From positions 340 to 64,339 of the forward strand of contig CAYPZI010000004.1 of the NCBI GenBank assembly GCA_964415185.1: a stretch of 64,000 nucleotides of DNA, read 5' to 3'. The DNA is from an uncultured Balneolaceae bacterium. GTDB taxonomy: Bacteria > Bacteroidota > Rhodothermia > Balneolales > Balneolaceae. The notes below the pieces were generated by a model, which saw only the letters and a program-made list of their open reading frames with translations, made no database searches and was not told the origin of the DNA. The stretch's first letter is position 1; the number at the start of each line of letters is the position of its first letter. This document shows, in pieces, positions 16,855 through 26,565 of the stretch. Position numbers and translations under genes: made by a program.

Positions 16855-17060
16855 TCAACAAAGATAAATTTAATATAGCTGCTATGCTATAGCTATGTAG
16901 AGTTTACATGGTTTATTAATTTGGAAAGATACAAAATTCTGTTTGAAGATAAACCGCCGCATTTGATTACTTAAAAGTTTTTTAAAATTAATACAGTTTC
17001 AAATTGCAATAATTATATCTTTTTTAATATGTTTCCGCTTCAAATTTTAAATTAGCAGAT

Positions 17061-17603
17061 ATGGGCAGAATCTCATTTATTAGTCTCGGGCTTTCATTTG
17101 TTTCCCTTATGATCTTTTGGCTGGTCATGAGCGGCTTGTATGATGTAATCCATATCAGCTATGGCATTATTTCTGTAATTACAGTTTTGGCAATAAATTA
17201 CAGGATAAAGAGTCATCGTTTTTTTGAAGATGAAATTGATGACCTTCTGCATCTCAGGTTTCTAAAAGTTGCTACTTACATACCTTGGATGTTTATTCAG
17301 ATACTGAAATCGGGTTTTCATGTAGCATGGATAATTATAACGGGTAAAAAAGTGTTTCCCTCTGTGGTTGAATTCAATGCGGATTTGCCAAGTGCCCATG
17401 CAAAAATGATTTTGGGCAACTCAATCACCCTCACACCGGGTACCCTCACTATCGATATCAAAGGAGACAAGTTTATTGTGCATGCCTTCTCTGATAATTC
17501 GTTTGAAAGTATTATTAATGATGAAATGCCTAAAAAAGTTTTGGGGCTTTTTGAAAAAAGTGACCGGAAAATTGTCACTAATGTTATTATCAAAAAAAAA
17601 TAA
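17061..17603 (+). CDS. mrpE: Na+/H+ antiporter subunit E (MrpE/MnhE)
   Basis: 180 aa. Two N-terminal TM segments and a NSITLTPGTLTIDI motif typical of MnhE. Confidence 0.8.
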   Translation: MGRISFISLGLSFVSLMIFWLVMSGLYDVIHISYGIISVITVLAINYRIKSHRFFEDEIDDLLHLRFLKVATYIPWMFIQILKSGFHVAWIIITGKKVFPSVVEFNADLPSAHAKMILGNSITLTPGTLTIDIKGDKFIVHAFSDNSFESIINDEMPKKVLGLFEKSDRKIVTNVIIKKK

Positions 17604-17631
17604 GTTCGGCTTCATATTCTAAAAAAACAGA

Positions 17632-17913
17632 ATGGAAACATTTTTTCTCTACGCATCGGTTCTTTTAACAGTGATTATTGCCGTACCTCTGATCAGGGTG
17701 CTTAAGGGGCCTACTGTTTTTGACCGAATACTTGGCGCAAATGCCATTGCCACCAAAACCATTGTTTTAATCTGCCTGGTAGGATACATATACGGAAGAA
17801 TTGACATGTTCCTGGATATAACACTTGCATATGCCGTACTTGGATTTTTGGGTGTGCTGGCTATTGCTAAATACGTTTCCAGTGAGAATGACAGCGAAAC
17901 AGATAAATTATAA
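17632..17913 (+). CDS. mrpF: Monovalent cation/H+ antiporter subunit F (MrpF)
   Basis: 93 aa, 3 TM. Position after mrpE. Confidence 0.75.
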   Translation: METFFLYASVLLTVIIAVPLIRVLKGPTVFDRILGANAIATKTIVLICLVGYIYGRIDMFLDITLAYAVLGFLGVLAIAKYVSSENDSETDKL

Positions 17914-17917
17914 CTGA

Positions 17918-18244
17918 ATGACTATCCAGTACATTTTAAGCGGCCTGATGATTTTACTTGGCATTTTTTTCATGCTTGTTGGAAGTATTGGCATAGTCAG
18001 GCTTCCCGATTTCTATACACGCACTCATGCAATCAGTAAAAGCGATGCTTTGGGGGTTATGTTTGTAATTGGCGGCCTTGTAATTTTTGAAGGTTTTACG
18101 CTGAACAGCCTCAAACTTGTTTTTATAATCCTTTTCATTTTCCTGGCTAACCCGATTGGCTCACATGCCATTGCAAGAGCGGCTATGAAAAGCGGGCTTG
18201 AACCCCTGCTGGATGATGACAAACATAACGTGGAAGAGAAATGA
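17918..18244 (+). CDS. mrpG: Monovalent cation/H+ antiporter subunit G (MrpG/MnhG)
   Basis: 108 aa. RLPDFYTRTHAISKSDALG matches the MnhG/PhaG signature. Confidence 0.85.
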   Translation: MTIQYILSGLMILLGIFFMLVGSIGIVRLPDFYTRTHAISKSDALGVMFVIGGLVIFEGFTLNSLKLVFIILFIFLANPIGSHAIARAAMKSGLEPLLDDDKHNVEEK

Positions 18245-18486
18245 TCTGGGAACTCGAACTTGTACTTTACATTTTTTTATTGCTCGCAGCTATCGTGGCT
18301 TTGCAAGTGAAGGATCTGTTGGTCGCCGTAGTTATGCTGACTATATTCAGCTTTTCAATGGCCCTTTTATTTGTGACAATGGGAGCTGTTGATGTAGGTT
18401 TTACTGAAGCCGTAGTAGGAGCCGGAATAACCGGTATACTGTTTGTTGTTGCAATTTATCAAACTCAAAAAAAATCAAAAGATTGA
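18241..18486 (+). CDS. MbhD-like / DUF4040 membrane protein (equivalent to the MrpA C-terminal region)
   Basis: 81 aa, 3 TM, FTEAVVGAGITG motif. 4-nt overlap with mrpG. Confidence 0.65.
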   Translation: MIWELELVLYIFLLLAAIVALQVKDLLVAVVMLTIFSFSMALLFVTMGAVDVGFTEAVVGAGITGILFVVAIYQTQKKSKD

Positions 18487-18782
18487 AAGCACTTAAGTTT
18501 TTAATATTGGCCGGCTTTGTTTTTGTGATGATTTTCGCATCACTCGACCTGCCTTACCGGGGAGATCCCGATAACCGCATGCATTCGGAAGAAAGTATCA
18601 CAAATTCGGAAGTAGCAGGAAATTATTACATCCAAAATGCATATAAGGATACCAAAACTCCCAACATGGTTACGGTAATTTTAGGTGATTATCGAAGTGT
18701 GGATACTCTCGGAGAACAGGTTGTCATTTTTACCGCTGGCCTGATAACATTACTGATTTTAAGAAAATCAAAACGACAATGA
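18483..18782 (+). CDS. MbhE-like protein / MnhB-family N-terminal part
   Basis: 99 aa, TTG start overlapping the upstream stop. NMVTVILGDYRSVDTLGEQVV resembles the MnhB-family DYRxxDTLGE motif. Confidence 0.65.
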   Translation: MKALKFLILAGFVFVMIFASLDLPYRGDPDNRMHSEESITNSEVAGNYYIQNAYKDTKTPNMVTVILGDYRSVDTLGEQVVIFTAGLITLLILRKSKRQ

Positions 18783-19219
18783 GAAGACAATTTCAATCCC
18801 CTATTGTTCTTCTGGGTTCACGGCTATTGAGTCCTTATATCATGCTGTTCGGACTCTATGTGATTTTTCACGGGCATTACAGTCCAGGCGGAGGATTTCA
18901 GGGCGGAGCATTATTAGCAGCTTCTGTACTTCTCATCCGGCTATCAGGTGGCGGCAACATTGCAGAACTACAAATTCGTGAATTTGCGACAACACCTATG
19001 GCAGTCATCGGAGTCCTGATTTACTTTGGCACCGGTTTAACATCCTTGTTAATGGGAGCCTATTTTCTTGACTATGAGGCACTGCCAATTCCCGGGCTTT
19101 CACCTGAAATGCTGCGTAATACCGGAATACTCATTATCGAAGTCGGTATCGGGGTTGCTGTCATGGCAATATTGGTAATGATTTTTGACAATATGGCAAG
19201 AGGTGAAGACTATGCTTGA
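18779..19219 (+). CDS. mrpB: Na+/H+ antiporter subunit B (MnhB/MrpB domain)
   Basis: 146 aa. HGHYSPGGGFQGGALLAASV is the conserved MnhB motif. Confidence 0.8.
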   Translation: MRRQFQSPIVLLGSRLLSPYIMLFGLYVIFHGHYSPGGGFQGGALLAASVLLIRLSGGGNIAELQIREFATTPMAVIGVLIYFGTGLTSLLMGAYFLDYEALPIPGLSPEMLRNTGILIIEVGIGVAVMAILVMIFDNMARGEDYA

Positions 19220-19580
19220 ATTTTTTACGGGGCATTATGCCTACTGGTTTACCATTCTTTTGATTGCTACCGGGCTGTATGGAATTCTGTTTAAAAAAAA
19301 TCTCGTAAAGAAACTGATTGGATTATCAATTCTCCAGGCATCCGTCATTCTCTTTTTTGTCAGTATTGCATCCAAGTGGAATGCGACCGTTCCGGTTAAA
19401 GCCGACGCCTTCCCTGTTGACGTTGTAGCCAACTATATCAATCCGCTCCCGCACACACTTATGCTAACGGCTATTGTGGTAGGAGTGGCAACCCAGGGTG
19501 TGGCTTTTGCCCTGCTGATTGCTATCTACAACCGCTATAAAACCCTTGATGAACAGGAACTGTTAGACAAGATTCAATGA
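19212..19580 (+). CDS. mrpC: Na+/H+ antiporter subunit C (MrpC, NuoK-like)
   Basis: The track ORF starts at 19185. I prefer the ATG at 19212, which has AGAGGTGA upstream and an 8-nt ATGCTTGA overlap with the mrpB stop. 3 TM, NuoK-like. Confidence 0.75.
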   Translation: MLEFFTGHYAYWFTILLIATGLYGILFKKNLVKKLIGLSILQASVILFFVSIASKWNATVPVKADAFPVDVVANYINPLPHTLMLTAIVVGVATQGVAFALLIAIYNRYKTLDEQELLDKIQ

Positions 19581-21067
19581 TCGAATCCCAAATACCTGCT
19601 TTAATTCCCGTTACTTTTTTAGGTTTTGCCATCCTGATCCCAATATTGGGAATCTGGAGGGAAAAAATAAGTTATCATCTCGCCGTTGCAGGAAGCGGTA
19701 TCGCATCAATTTTTTCGTTGTACGGTTTTTTCCATTTCCTGAATAGTGAACCGCTGCGATACTTTTTTGGCGGATGGGAGCCGCCCGTCGGTATCGAATT
19801 CGTTTATGACGGTTTGTCCTCCTTCTTTGTTCTTGTAATCAATACCGTGGCTTTCCTGGTTCTTATCCATTCAAGGCATATTGGTGATGCTGAATTCCCC
19901 GGAAAAAAAATGCCGTTTTATTCACTTTCCATGCTGATGATGCTCGGCTTTAACGGGATGCTGCTTACCGGCGACCTTTTTAATCTCTATGTTTTTCTTG
20001 AGATATCATCACTGTCAAGTTATGCCCTGATTGCAATCGGTCAGAAGCAGGCTCCTTTTTCTGCCTACAGATACCTGATCATCGGCACAGTGGGCGGTTC
20101 ATTTTATCTTCTTGGCGTAGGCTTTCTGTACACGATAACCGGTACGCTGAATATAATTGATATGACAGCAATGCTGCCCTCTTTTTATACAAATTCGGCA
20201 GTTGTTACCGCTTTGATATTAATGGTTATCGGCATTGGCGTAAAAGCCGCTCTGTTCCCTCTTCATGGCTGGCTGCCCGATTCCTACACCAATGCATCCT
20301 CAACTTCTACGGCACTGATTGCGCCCGTTGGCACCAAAGTGGCAGCTTACATATTGATCCGGATTCTGCTCTACCTGTTTGGTGCAGATTTTGCCGATGC
20401 TGTTATCCCGGTAACAACCATCGTAGGTGTTCTCGCCTGTGCAGGCATTTTGTACGGCTCCATCATGGCCATCGGACAAACCGAAATGAAACGGATGCTT
20501 GCCTACAGCAGTGTCTCTCAAATCGGCTACATCATTATGGGATTGAGCCTTGCCAACCCGCTAGGCTATGCGGGTGCATTGCTTCACGTTCTGAACCATG
20601 CCGTAATGAAAGCCTGCCTGTTTCTTGTTGCAGGTAACCTGCGGCTGAAAGAAGGCCATTCGGATATCAGCAAGTTCGATGATACCTACAGAAAAAAATA
20701 TCCGGGTACCATGCTCGCATTTTCAACAGCAGCTATATCCATGGTCGGCCTTCCCCCACTTGCTGGTTTTTTCAGCAAGTGGTACCTGGCACTCGGAACC
20801 ATTGAAAACGAAAACTGGCTTTTCCTGAGTGTGATTCTGATCAGTTCACTGTTAAATGCCGTATACTTTTTCAGAATTTTGGAAAAGGTTTATATGAAAA
20901 AACCGGAGGAAGCGGCCGTTCCGTCAGACGCTGAGATATTCGTACAAAATAGTGAAGTCTCGGGCAGCATGATGGCACCCACAACGATTTTGGCGATTTC
21001 TCTCTTTGTCATCGGATTTGCCAATGCCGCAATCGTGGCATCATTTTTAACCTTTTTCCCTTTTTAA
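19577..21067 (+). CDS. mrpD: MrpD/NuoN-like proton-conducting antiporter subunit (copy 1)
   Basis: 496 aa. LHGWLPDSYTNASSTSTALIAPV and MKRMLAYSSVSQIGY motifs. ATGA overlap with mrpC. Confidence 0.85.
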   Translation: MIESQIPALIPVTFLGFAILIPILGIWREKISYHLAVAGSGIASIFSLYGFFHFLNSEPLRYFFGGWEPPVGIEFVYDGLSSFFVLVINTVAFLVLIHSRHIGDAEFPGKKMPFYSLSMLMMLGFNGMLLTGDLFNLYVFLEISSLSSYALIAIGQKQAPFSAYRYLIIGTVGGSFYLLGVGFLYTITGTLNIIDMTAMLPSFYTNSAVVTALILMVIGIGVKAALFPLHGWLPDSYTNASSTSTALIAPVGTKVAAYILIRILLYLFGADFADAVIPVTTIVGVLACAGILYGSIMAIGQTEMKRMLAYSSVSQIGYIIMGLSLANPLGYAGALLHVLNHAVMKACLFLVAGNLRLKEGHSDISKFDDTYRKKYPGTMLAFSTAAISMVGLPPLAGFFSKWYLALGTIENENWLFLSVILISSLLNAVYFFRILEKVYMKKPEEAAVPSDAEIFVQNSEVSGSMMAPTTILAISLFVIGFANAAIVASFLTFFPF

Positions 21068-21097
21068 CCTAATGACATTTTTATAATCACAGAATTG

Positions 21098-22582
21098 ATG
21101 GATTTAATGTACGCACCTTTATATGCCATTTTGGTTTCGCTGTTTGCAGTTCCGCTGATACTGCTCAGCTCGGGCAAACCTAATCTCAGGGAATTCTGGA
21201 CAATCCTTGCATCTGCCATTAAATTCATACTTGTACTGACCCTGCTGCCGGCAGCCGTTGGCGGAAATACCGTTGAACTCAATCTTTTCCAGATTGCGCC
21301 CGGCATCCCCTTCTTGCTAAAAGCCGATCCATTTGGCGTCTTTTTTGCTATTATTGCTTCAGGTTTGTGGATATTCACCTCTTTTTACTCTATTGGATAT
21401 GTAAGAGGAGCCGGCGAGAAAAAACAGACACGATATTTTGCAAGCTTTGCCGTCTGTCTTTCAGCAACAATTGGCGTTGCTTTTTCAGGTAACCTTCTGA
21501 CATTTATCATCTTTTACGAAATTCTTACGCTGGCCACCTATCCCCTTGTAATTCATAAGGAGACGGCCAAGGCAATTAACGCAGGCCGGAAATATCTTGC
21601 TTACACTCTTACAGCGGGCCTTTTGCTCATTGCAGCAGCCGGGATAACATGGTATTATACCGGTACGCTTGAATTCATTCCCGGTGGAGTATTTGGTGAT
21701 ATTGAGCTGGCACAACCTGTCATGATCTCAATTTTTCTGCTGTTTCTCGGCGGTGTTGGTGTCAAGGCAGGTATTATGCCGCTGCACAGTTGGCTGCCTT
21801 CGGCTATGGCAGCCCCAACGCCTGTGAGCGCACTTCTTCATGCCGTAGCCGTGGTAAAATCAGGGGTTTTCGGTGTGATTCGTGTAATCGGTTTTGTTTT
21901 TGGAACCGAAACCATGGGTACATTTGGCTTAAATGAAATTCTGATGGTACTTGCCGGCATTACCATTATTGTTGCTTCGCTCCTTGCTTTTGCTCAGGAC
22001 AACCTGAAGCGGCGGCTTGCGTATTCAACAGTCGGCCATCTTTCATATATCGTTTTGGGGGCAGCACTTTTAACGCCGATAGGAATGACCGGAAGCATCA
22101 TGCATATTGCCGCCCATGCCACGATGAAGATTACGCTCTTTTTCTGTGCAGGTGCCATTTATGTAAACCTGCACAAAGAAAATATCAGCGACCTGAACGG
22201 AATTGCCAAGGCCATGCCATGGACTATGGCCGCCTTTGTCATCGGCTCCATGGGGCTTGCCGGTATTCCTCCCGTTAATGGTTTTGTAAGCAAATGGTAC
22301 CTGGCTCTGGGTTCTCTTGAAGGCGATATGATGATACCTGTCCTGGTTCTTGTGATCAGCGGCCTTTTGAATGTGGGATACTTCTTCCCGATTATACAAA
22401 GAGCTTATTTCAGAAAAGGCGATGAATCGGTTGCCGCTCACGGGGAGGCTTCACCTTTTATGGTAGTACCCATCATGGCTACGGCTGTTTTGTCTGTGAT
22501 TTTCGGAATTTTTCCGGATCTCTTTTTTCATTTTTATGAAATTGCAGGTGCTGTAGCTCAAACATTATTTAACGGAGGATGA
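21098..22582 (+). CDS. mrpD: MrpD/NuoN-like proton-conducting antiporter subunit (copy 2)
   Basis: 494 aa from the ATG at 21098 (the track begins at the TTG at 21095). LHSWLPSAMAAPTPVSALLHAVAVV motif. Confidence 0.85.
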   Translation: MDLMYAPLYAILVSLFAVPLILLSSGKPNLREFWTILASAIKFILVLTLLPAAVGGNTVELNLFQIAPGIPFLLKADPFGVFFAIIASGLWIFTSFYSIGYVRGAGEKKQTRYFASFAVCLSATIGVAFSGNLLTFIIFYEILTLATYPLVIHKETAKAINAGRKYLAYTLTAGLLLIAAAGITWYYTGTLEFIPGGVFGDIELAQPVMISIFLLFLGGVGVKAGIMPLHSWLPSAMAAPTPVSALLHAVAVVKSGVFGVIRVIGFVFGTETMGTFGLNEILMVLAGITIIVASLLAFAQDNLKRRLAYSTVGHLSYIVLGAALLTPIGMTGSIMHIAAHATMKITLFFCAGAIYVNLHKENISDLNGIAKAMPWTMAAFVIGSMGLAGIPPVNGFVSKWYLALGSLEGDMMIPVLVLVISGLLNVGYFFPIIQRAYFRKGDESVAAHGEASPFMVVPIMATAVLSVIFGIFPDLFFHFYEIAGAVAQTLFNGG

Positions 22583-22586
22583 AATT

Positions 22587-22802
22587 ATGAAAACCTGGCA
22601 CTGGATTGCCCTCGGGGTAATCACATTGATTTCACTGATACTTGAATTTACGGTCCTTGCAGATTATGACAAGCATTGGTGGGATGCCATTCCTGCATTT
22701 TATATAATATGGGGATTTATAAGCTGTGTTTTAATTATATACGTATCAAAATGGATTGGAAAACTATTCCTGTTCAGAAGTGAATCTTATTATGATAACT
22801 GA
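22587..22802 (+). CDS. Small 2-TM membrane protein inside the mrp cluster, function unknown
   Basis: 71 aa and hydrophobic. Starts 4 nt after the upstream stop and overlaps the next gene by 11 nt, which suggests operon coupling. Confidence 0.5.
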   Translation: MKTWHWIALGVITLISLILEFTVLADYDKHWWDAIPAFYIIWGFISCVLIIYVSKWIGKLFLFRSESYYDN

Positions 22803-24510
22803 ATTATTATATTTTCCGGCTTTAATTTTAATAATTGGCGCATTTCTGCTCCCTCTGATTTCTGAAAAAATCAGGCCAGCACTTTTTCTTCTTTTTCCGG
22901 TAGTTGCTCTTGCCGGAATATGGATGATGCCTTCCGATTACATTCTTACAATGAGCCTTACGGCTTATGAGCTTACACTGGTTGAAGCCGGAACACTGAG
23001 CCGTCTATTTGCCACAATTTTTGCCATGATAGCCATCATTGGCGGCATCTATGCCTATCACAATAAAAACCTGGGTGAACAGAGTTCCGCACTTGTTTAT
23101 GCAGGAGGAGCACTGGGAGTTGCTTATGCCGGCGATTTCTTTACCCTGCTTGTATTTTGGGAATTGATGGCATTTAGTTCATCTTATCTTATCTGGGCCA
23201 GGAAAACAGATGAAACGGCCAAATCCGGAATGAGATACCTGGTTTATCACTCACTTGGCGGTGGAATACTGCTCAGTGGAATTATTTTGCATCTCAACGA
23301 AACGGGAAGCCTTGCTATCACCAGCTTTCCGGATACCTACACTCTCTCTTCGGTGTTGATTCTTGTTGGCGTTTCTATCAACTCAGCTATTCCGCCTCTT
23401 CACGCCTGGCTTGCAGATGCCTATCCGAAGGCAACTATCACAGGTGCCGTATTCATGAGCGCATTTACTACCAAATCTGCCGTTTATGTACTCATGCGTT
23501 TATTTCCGGGCTGGGATATACTGATTTGGTTTGGGGTGATGATGGCACTGTACGGTGTAGTTTACGCAGTGCTTGCTAATGATATTCGAGAAATACTTGC
23601 CTATCACATCATCAGCCAGGTAGGCTATATGGTTGCCGGCGTGGGAATCGGTACGGAAATGGCACTGAATGGGACTGCCGCACATGCTTTCAGTCACATC
23701 CTTTATAAATCCCTGCTGTTTATGGGCGCCGGAACCGTTCTCTACGCCACCGGCAAAAGCAAACTTACGGAACTTGGCGGTTTTGCAAAAAAAATGAAGG
23801 CTGCCGTTTTTCTCTATATGATCGGGGCATTTTCCATTTCCGGCTTTCCACTGTTTAACGGTTTTGTCAGCAAATCCATGGTGATTCAGGGCGCAACAGA
23901 TGCTCACCTCGAAATAGTAACTTTATTACTGCTTATGGCTTCCGTAGGAACGTTTCTGCATACCGGCCTTAAACTCCCCTACTTTACCTGGTTCGGTAGC
24001 CAGAAAACGGAAATTACTGTAAAACCGCTGCCATTGAACATGCTAATAGCAATGGGCATCGGCGCTTTCTTTTGCACACTCTTCGGGGTCTTCCCCGGCT
24101 TGCTTTATAACCATCTTCCGTTTCCGGTAGATTATGAACCCTACACCGTCTATCATCTTGTTGAAACGACCCAAATACTCGTATTTACGTATGTCGGGTT
24201 TTGGATTCTTCGGAAAAAGCTGGAAGGCGAACCCAAAATTGCTCTCGATACAGACTGGTTCTATCGCAAGCCTGCATCTGTAGCCCGCGTAGCATTTGTA
24301 AACGCACCCGATGCCCTATTTGGATGGATTGAAAATGCATTCATTTCTCTGTCCCGGTATCTGAGTGAAAAGTTTAAAAATCCAATGGAGTGGTTAAATC
24401 CGTTTACTTCCCATGGACTTCATTCATCTACCTACAGCCCCGCTACCGGATTGGTTATGAGTTTTGTCTTGTTTATCATTCTCTTCATGGGAATTGTCAT
24501 GATTTTCTAA
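22792..24510 (+). CDS. MrpA/MrpD-like proton-conducting antiporter subunit (copy 3)
   Basis: 572 aa from the ATG at 22792 (the track ORF starts at 22756 inside the previous gene). LHAWLADAYPKATITGAVFMSAFTTK motif. Confidence 0.8.
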   Translation: MITELLYFPALILIIGAFLLPLISEKIRPALFLLFPVVALAGIWMMPSDYILTMSLTAYELTLVEAGTLSRLFATIFAMIAIIGGIYAYHNKNLGEQSSALVYAGGALGVAYAGDFFTLLVFWELMAFSSSYLIWARKTDETAKSGMRYLVYHSLGGGILLSGIILHLNETGSLAITSFPDTYTLSSVLILVGVSINSAIPPLHAWLADAYPKATITGAVFMSAFTTKSAVYVLMRLFPGWDILIWFGVMMALYGVVYAVLANDIREILAYHIISQVGYMVAGVGIGTEMALNGTAAHAFSHILYKSLLFMGAGTVLYATGKSKLTELGGFAKKMKAAVFLYMIGAFSISGFPLFNGFVSKSMVIQGATDAHLEIVTLLLLMASVGTFLHTGLKLPYFTWFGSQKTEITVKPLPLNMLIAMGIGAFFCTLFGVFPGLLYNHLPFPVDYEPYTVYHLVETTQILVFTYVGFWILRKKLEGEPKIALDTDWFYRKPASVARVAFVNAPDALFGWIENAFISLSRYLSEKFKNPMEWLNPFTSHGLHSSTYSPATGLVMSFVLFIILFMGIVMIF

Positions 24511-24553
24511 TCAGCTTACTTCCGTAATGCCCGCTAAATTCATGATGAAAAAA

Positions 24554-24576
24554 AAGCCCTCCGTAAAGGAGGGCTT
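24554..24576 (-). terminator. Stem-loop between convergent genes; canonical terminator for the minus-strand TPR gene
   Basis: AAGCCCTCC (24554..24562) pairs with GGAGGGCTT (24568..24576). On the minus strand the stem is followed by a U-run. On the plus strand it has only A-runs on both sides. Confidence 0.7.
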
Positions 24577-24616
24577 GAAAAAAAGACCTGAATCAGTTTA
24601 AAAGCTCATCAAATAA

Positions 24617-25648
24617 TTACCTGCTGCCTGCAGAGGCATAGCCTTCACATTTCAGTTCATGTTCCATTTTATGAAGAGAAGGATCCTTGAATTCACCATG
24701 TGCTGCATCTTCAAATGCACCACACGCCTGGTTTTTCTGGCCATTGCCCTGGTAGGCAGTACCAAGCTCAAAATATATTTTTGCTTTATCTACAACACCA
24801 CCGGATTCAAACTCCAGTGCCTTTCTGGCGTGCTCAATTGCCCTGCTCCAGTTTGATCTCTTATTATAAATTTCAGCAAGCCTGTAATGTGCATCAGCCG
24901 AACTTGGATTGTATTCCAAAGCCTGGTTTACAAGATTAATTGCAGCATCATATCGCTTTTGATCAGCCTGTTGTACACCCTGGTAAATAAGTTCATCTTC
25001 CGCATTTTCAGATGCTTTATTTATCAAAGCATTATCGCCGTTTTGCTCTGCAACCTGAATGGCACGGTCAATCCACTGCAAATATTGTTCGGTATTTGCC
25101 CTGTTTTCCTTTTTTGACACAAGAGCTTTTTGATAATAAGCTACTGCATAGTTTGAATTCATATTAATGGCAGTATTAAGGCTTTCATTCGCATCTGCAT
25201 AATCTCCCTGGCTATATTGAACGACACCTCTAATATAATATAGCTGAGGTATCGCAGCCCTGGTTCTCTGTGCTATTTGATCATCACCGTATTTATTAGC
25301 TGCTTCATTGGCTTCTTCAAATTTTTCGATTGCATTATTCAAAGAAGCTACACTTTTATTACTCTGATAACCTGAATAGGCAGCAGAAGCCCTCGAAGAA
25401 TAAATTTTCGGTAACTGATTTTCCGACTTTTCCTTAATCTCATCCAGGCCATTTTCTTCCGCTATTTTCAATGCATTCTCGAAATGAGCGATTGCCTGGT
25501 CAAAATTTTTGGCTTGGGCAGCCTCAAGGCCGCTGTTAAATGCATTTCTGGCTTCAGTATCTGGGTCCTGTGCCTGCAATACATTCGTTACCCCTAATAA
25601 GAGAGTTGTTAATGCTACTAATAATGCTGAGCTTTTAATTGATTTCAT
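24617..25648 (-). CDS. Secreted tetratricopeptide-repeat (TPR) protein
   Basis: Start chosen at MKSIKSSALLVALTTLLLGVTNVLQAQ (signal peptide; the track ORF extends to 25729). Repeated A/Y/N-rich TPR-like helices. Confidence 0.7.
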   Translation of the reverse strand: MKSIKSSALLVALTTLLLGVTNVLQAQDPDTEARNAFNSGLEAAQAKNFDQAIAHFENALKIAEENGLDEIKEKSENQLPKIYSSRASAAYSGYQSNKSVASLNNAIEKFEEANEAANKYGDDQIAQRTRAAIPQLYYIRGVVQYSQGDYADANESLNTAINMNSNYAVAYYQKALVSKKENRANTEQYLQWIDRAIQVAEQNGDNALINKASENAEDELIYQGVQQADQKRYDAAINLVNQALEYNPSSADAHYRLAEIYNKRSNWSRAIEHARKALEFESGGVVDKAKIYFELGTAYQGNGQKNQACGAFEDAAHGEFKDPSLHKMEHELKCEGYASAGSR

Positions 25649-25802
25649 GGTTATTTGCTTGGGTTTAGTGTTACTGCGCTTTAAAACGCATCCAACATAA
25701 TGAAATTTTATATTTTTTTGAATCTTCACTTAAGATTAAAAAAATAATCTTGTTACGTAGTTGGTTTGTTTAACAATATTTTAAAAATAAAGTTTCAATT
25801 CT

Positions 25803-26516
25803 TTAAAAAGAGAAATTTGGTGTAGGTCTTTTACGCTTATAGAAATCACACACAAATCTTACTGCATCTTCATGGTCATCAGTCAGATAGTAGAGGTCAA
25901 GGTCTTGCTCCGAAACCAATCCGTTGGCAAGCAGTCGCTTCTTAATCCAATTCAGGAGATCTTCCCAATAATCGACTCCCACAAGAACAATTGGGATCTG
26001 TTCAATTTTAAAAGTCTGAATCAGGGTCAGGGTCTCAAATAGTTCATCAAGAGTTCCGAACCCACCTGGAAATACAATAAAACCCTGGGCATATTTAACG
26101 AACATCACCTTCCTGACAAAAAAATATTTAAAATTTATTTCATATTGAGGATGTACATAGGCATTAATTCCCTGCTCGTGAGGTAACTCAATTCCCAGGC
26201 CTACCGATTTGCCACCTGCGTTGTGAGCTCCCCGATTAGCAGCTTCCATTATTCCGGGCCCTCCTCCGGTTATTACACCGAATCCGTTTTCAGCAATCAG
26301 CTCTGCTGTTTTTATAGCTTTTTCGTAATATGGATCACCCGATTTGGTCCGGGAAGAGCCGAATATTGATACGCAGGGGCCAATTTTGAACAGTTTGTCA
26401 TAACCATCAACAAATTCTCCCATAATTTTGAAAATACTCCACAAATCGTGGCTGTTCCCTTCATCAAAATTTTGAGAGGCATTTTTAAATTCTCTTTGTT
26501 CAGTTGCTGATGCCAT
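25803..26516 (-). CDS. LOG-family (TIGR00730) nucleotide phosphoribohydrolase
   Basis: 237 aa. GGGPGIMEAANRG and PGGFGTLDELFE motifs. Confidence 0.88.
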   Translation of the reverse strand: MASATEQREFKNASQNFDEGNSHDLWSIFKIMGEFVDGYDKLFKIGPCVSIFGSSRTKSGDPYYEKAIKTAELIAENGFGVITGGGPGIMEAANRGAHNAGGKSVGLGIELPHEQGINAYVHPQYEINFKYFFVRKVMFVKYAQGFIVFPGGFGTLDELFETLTLIQTFKIEQIPIVLVGVDYWEDLLNWIKKRLLANGLVSEQDLDLYYLTDDHEDAVRFVCDFYKRKRPTPNFSF

Positions 26517-26565
26517 TTTTTTTTGTATAAAGTTTGAAAATATTGAATTGTTAAAATAAAAGATG

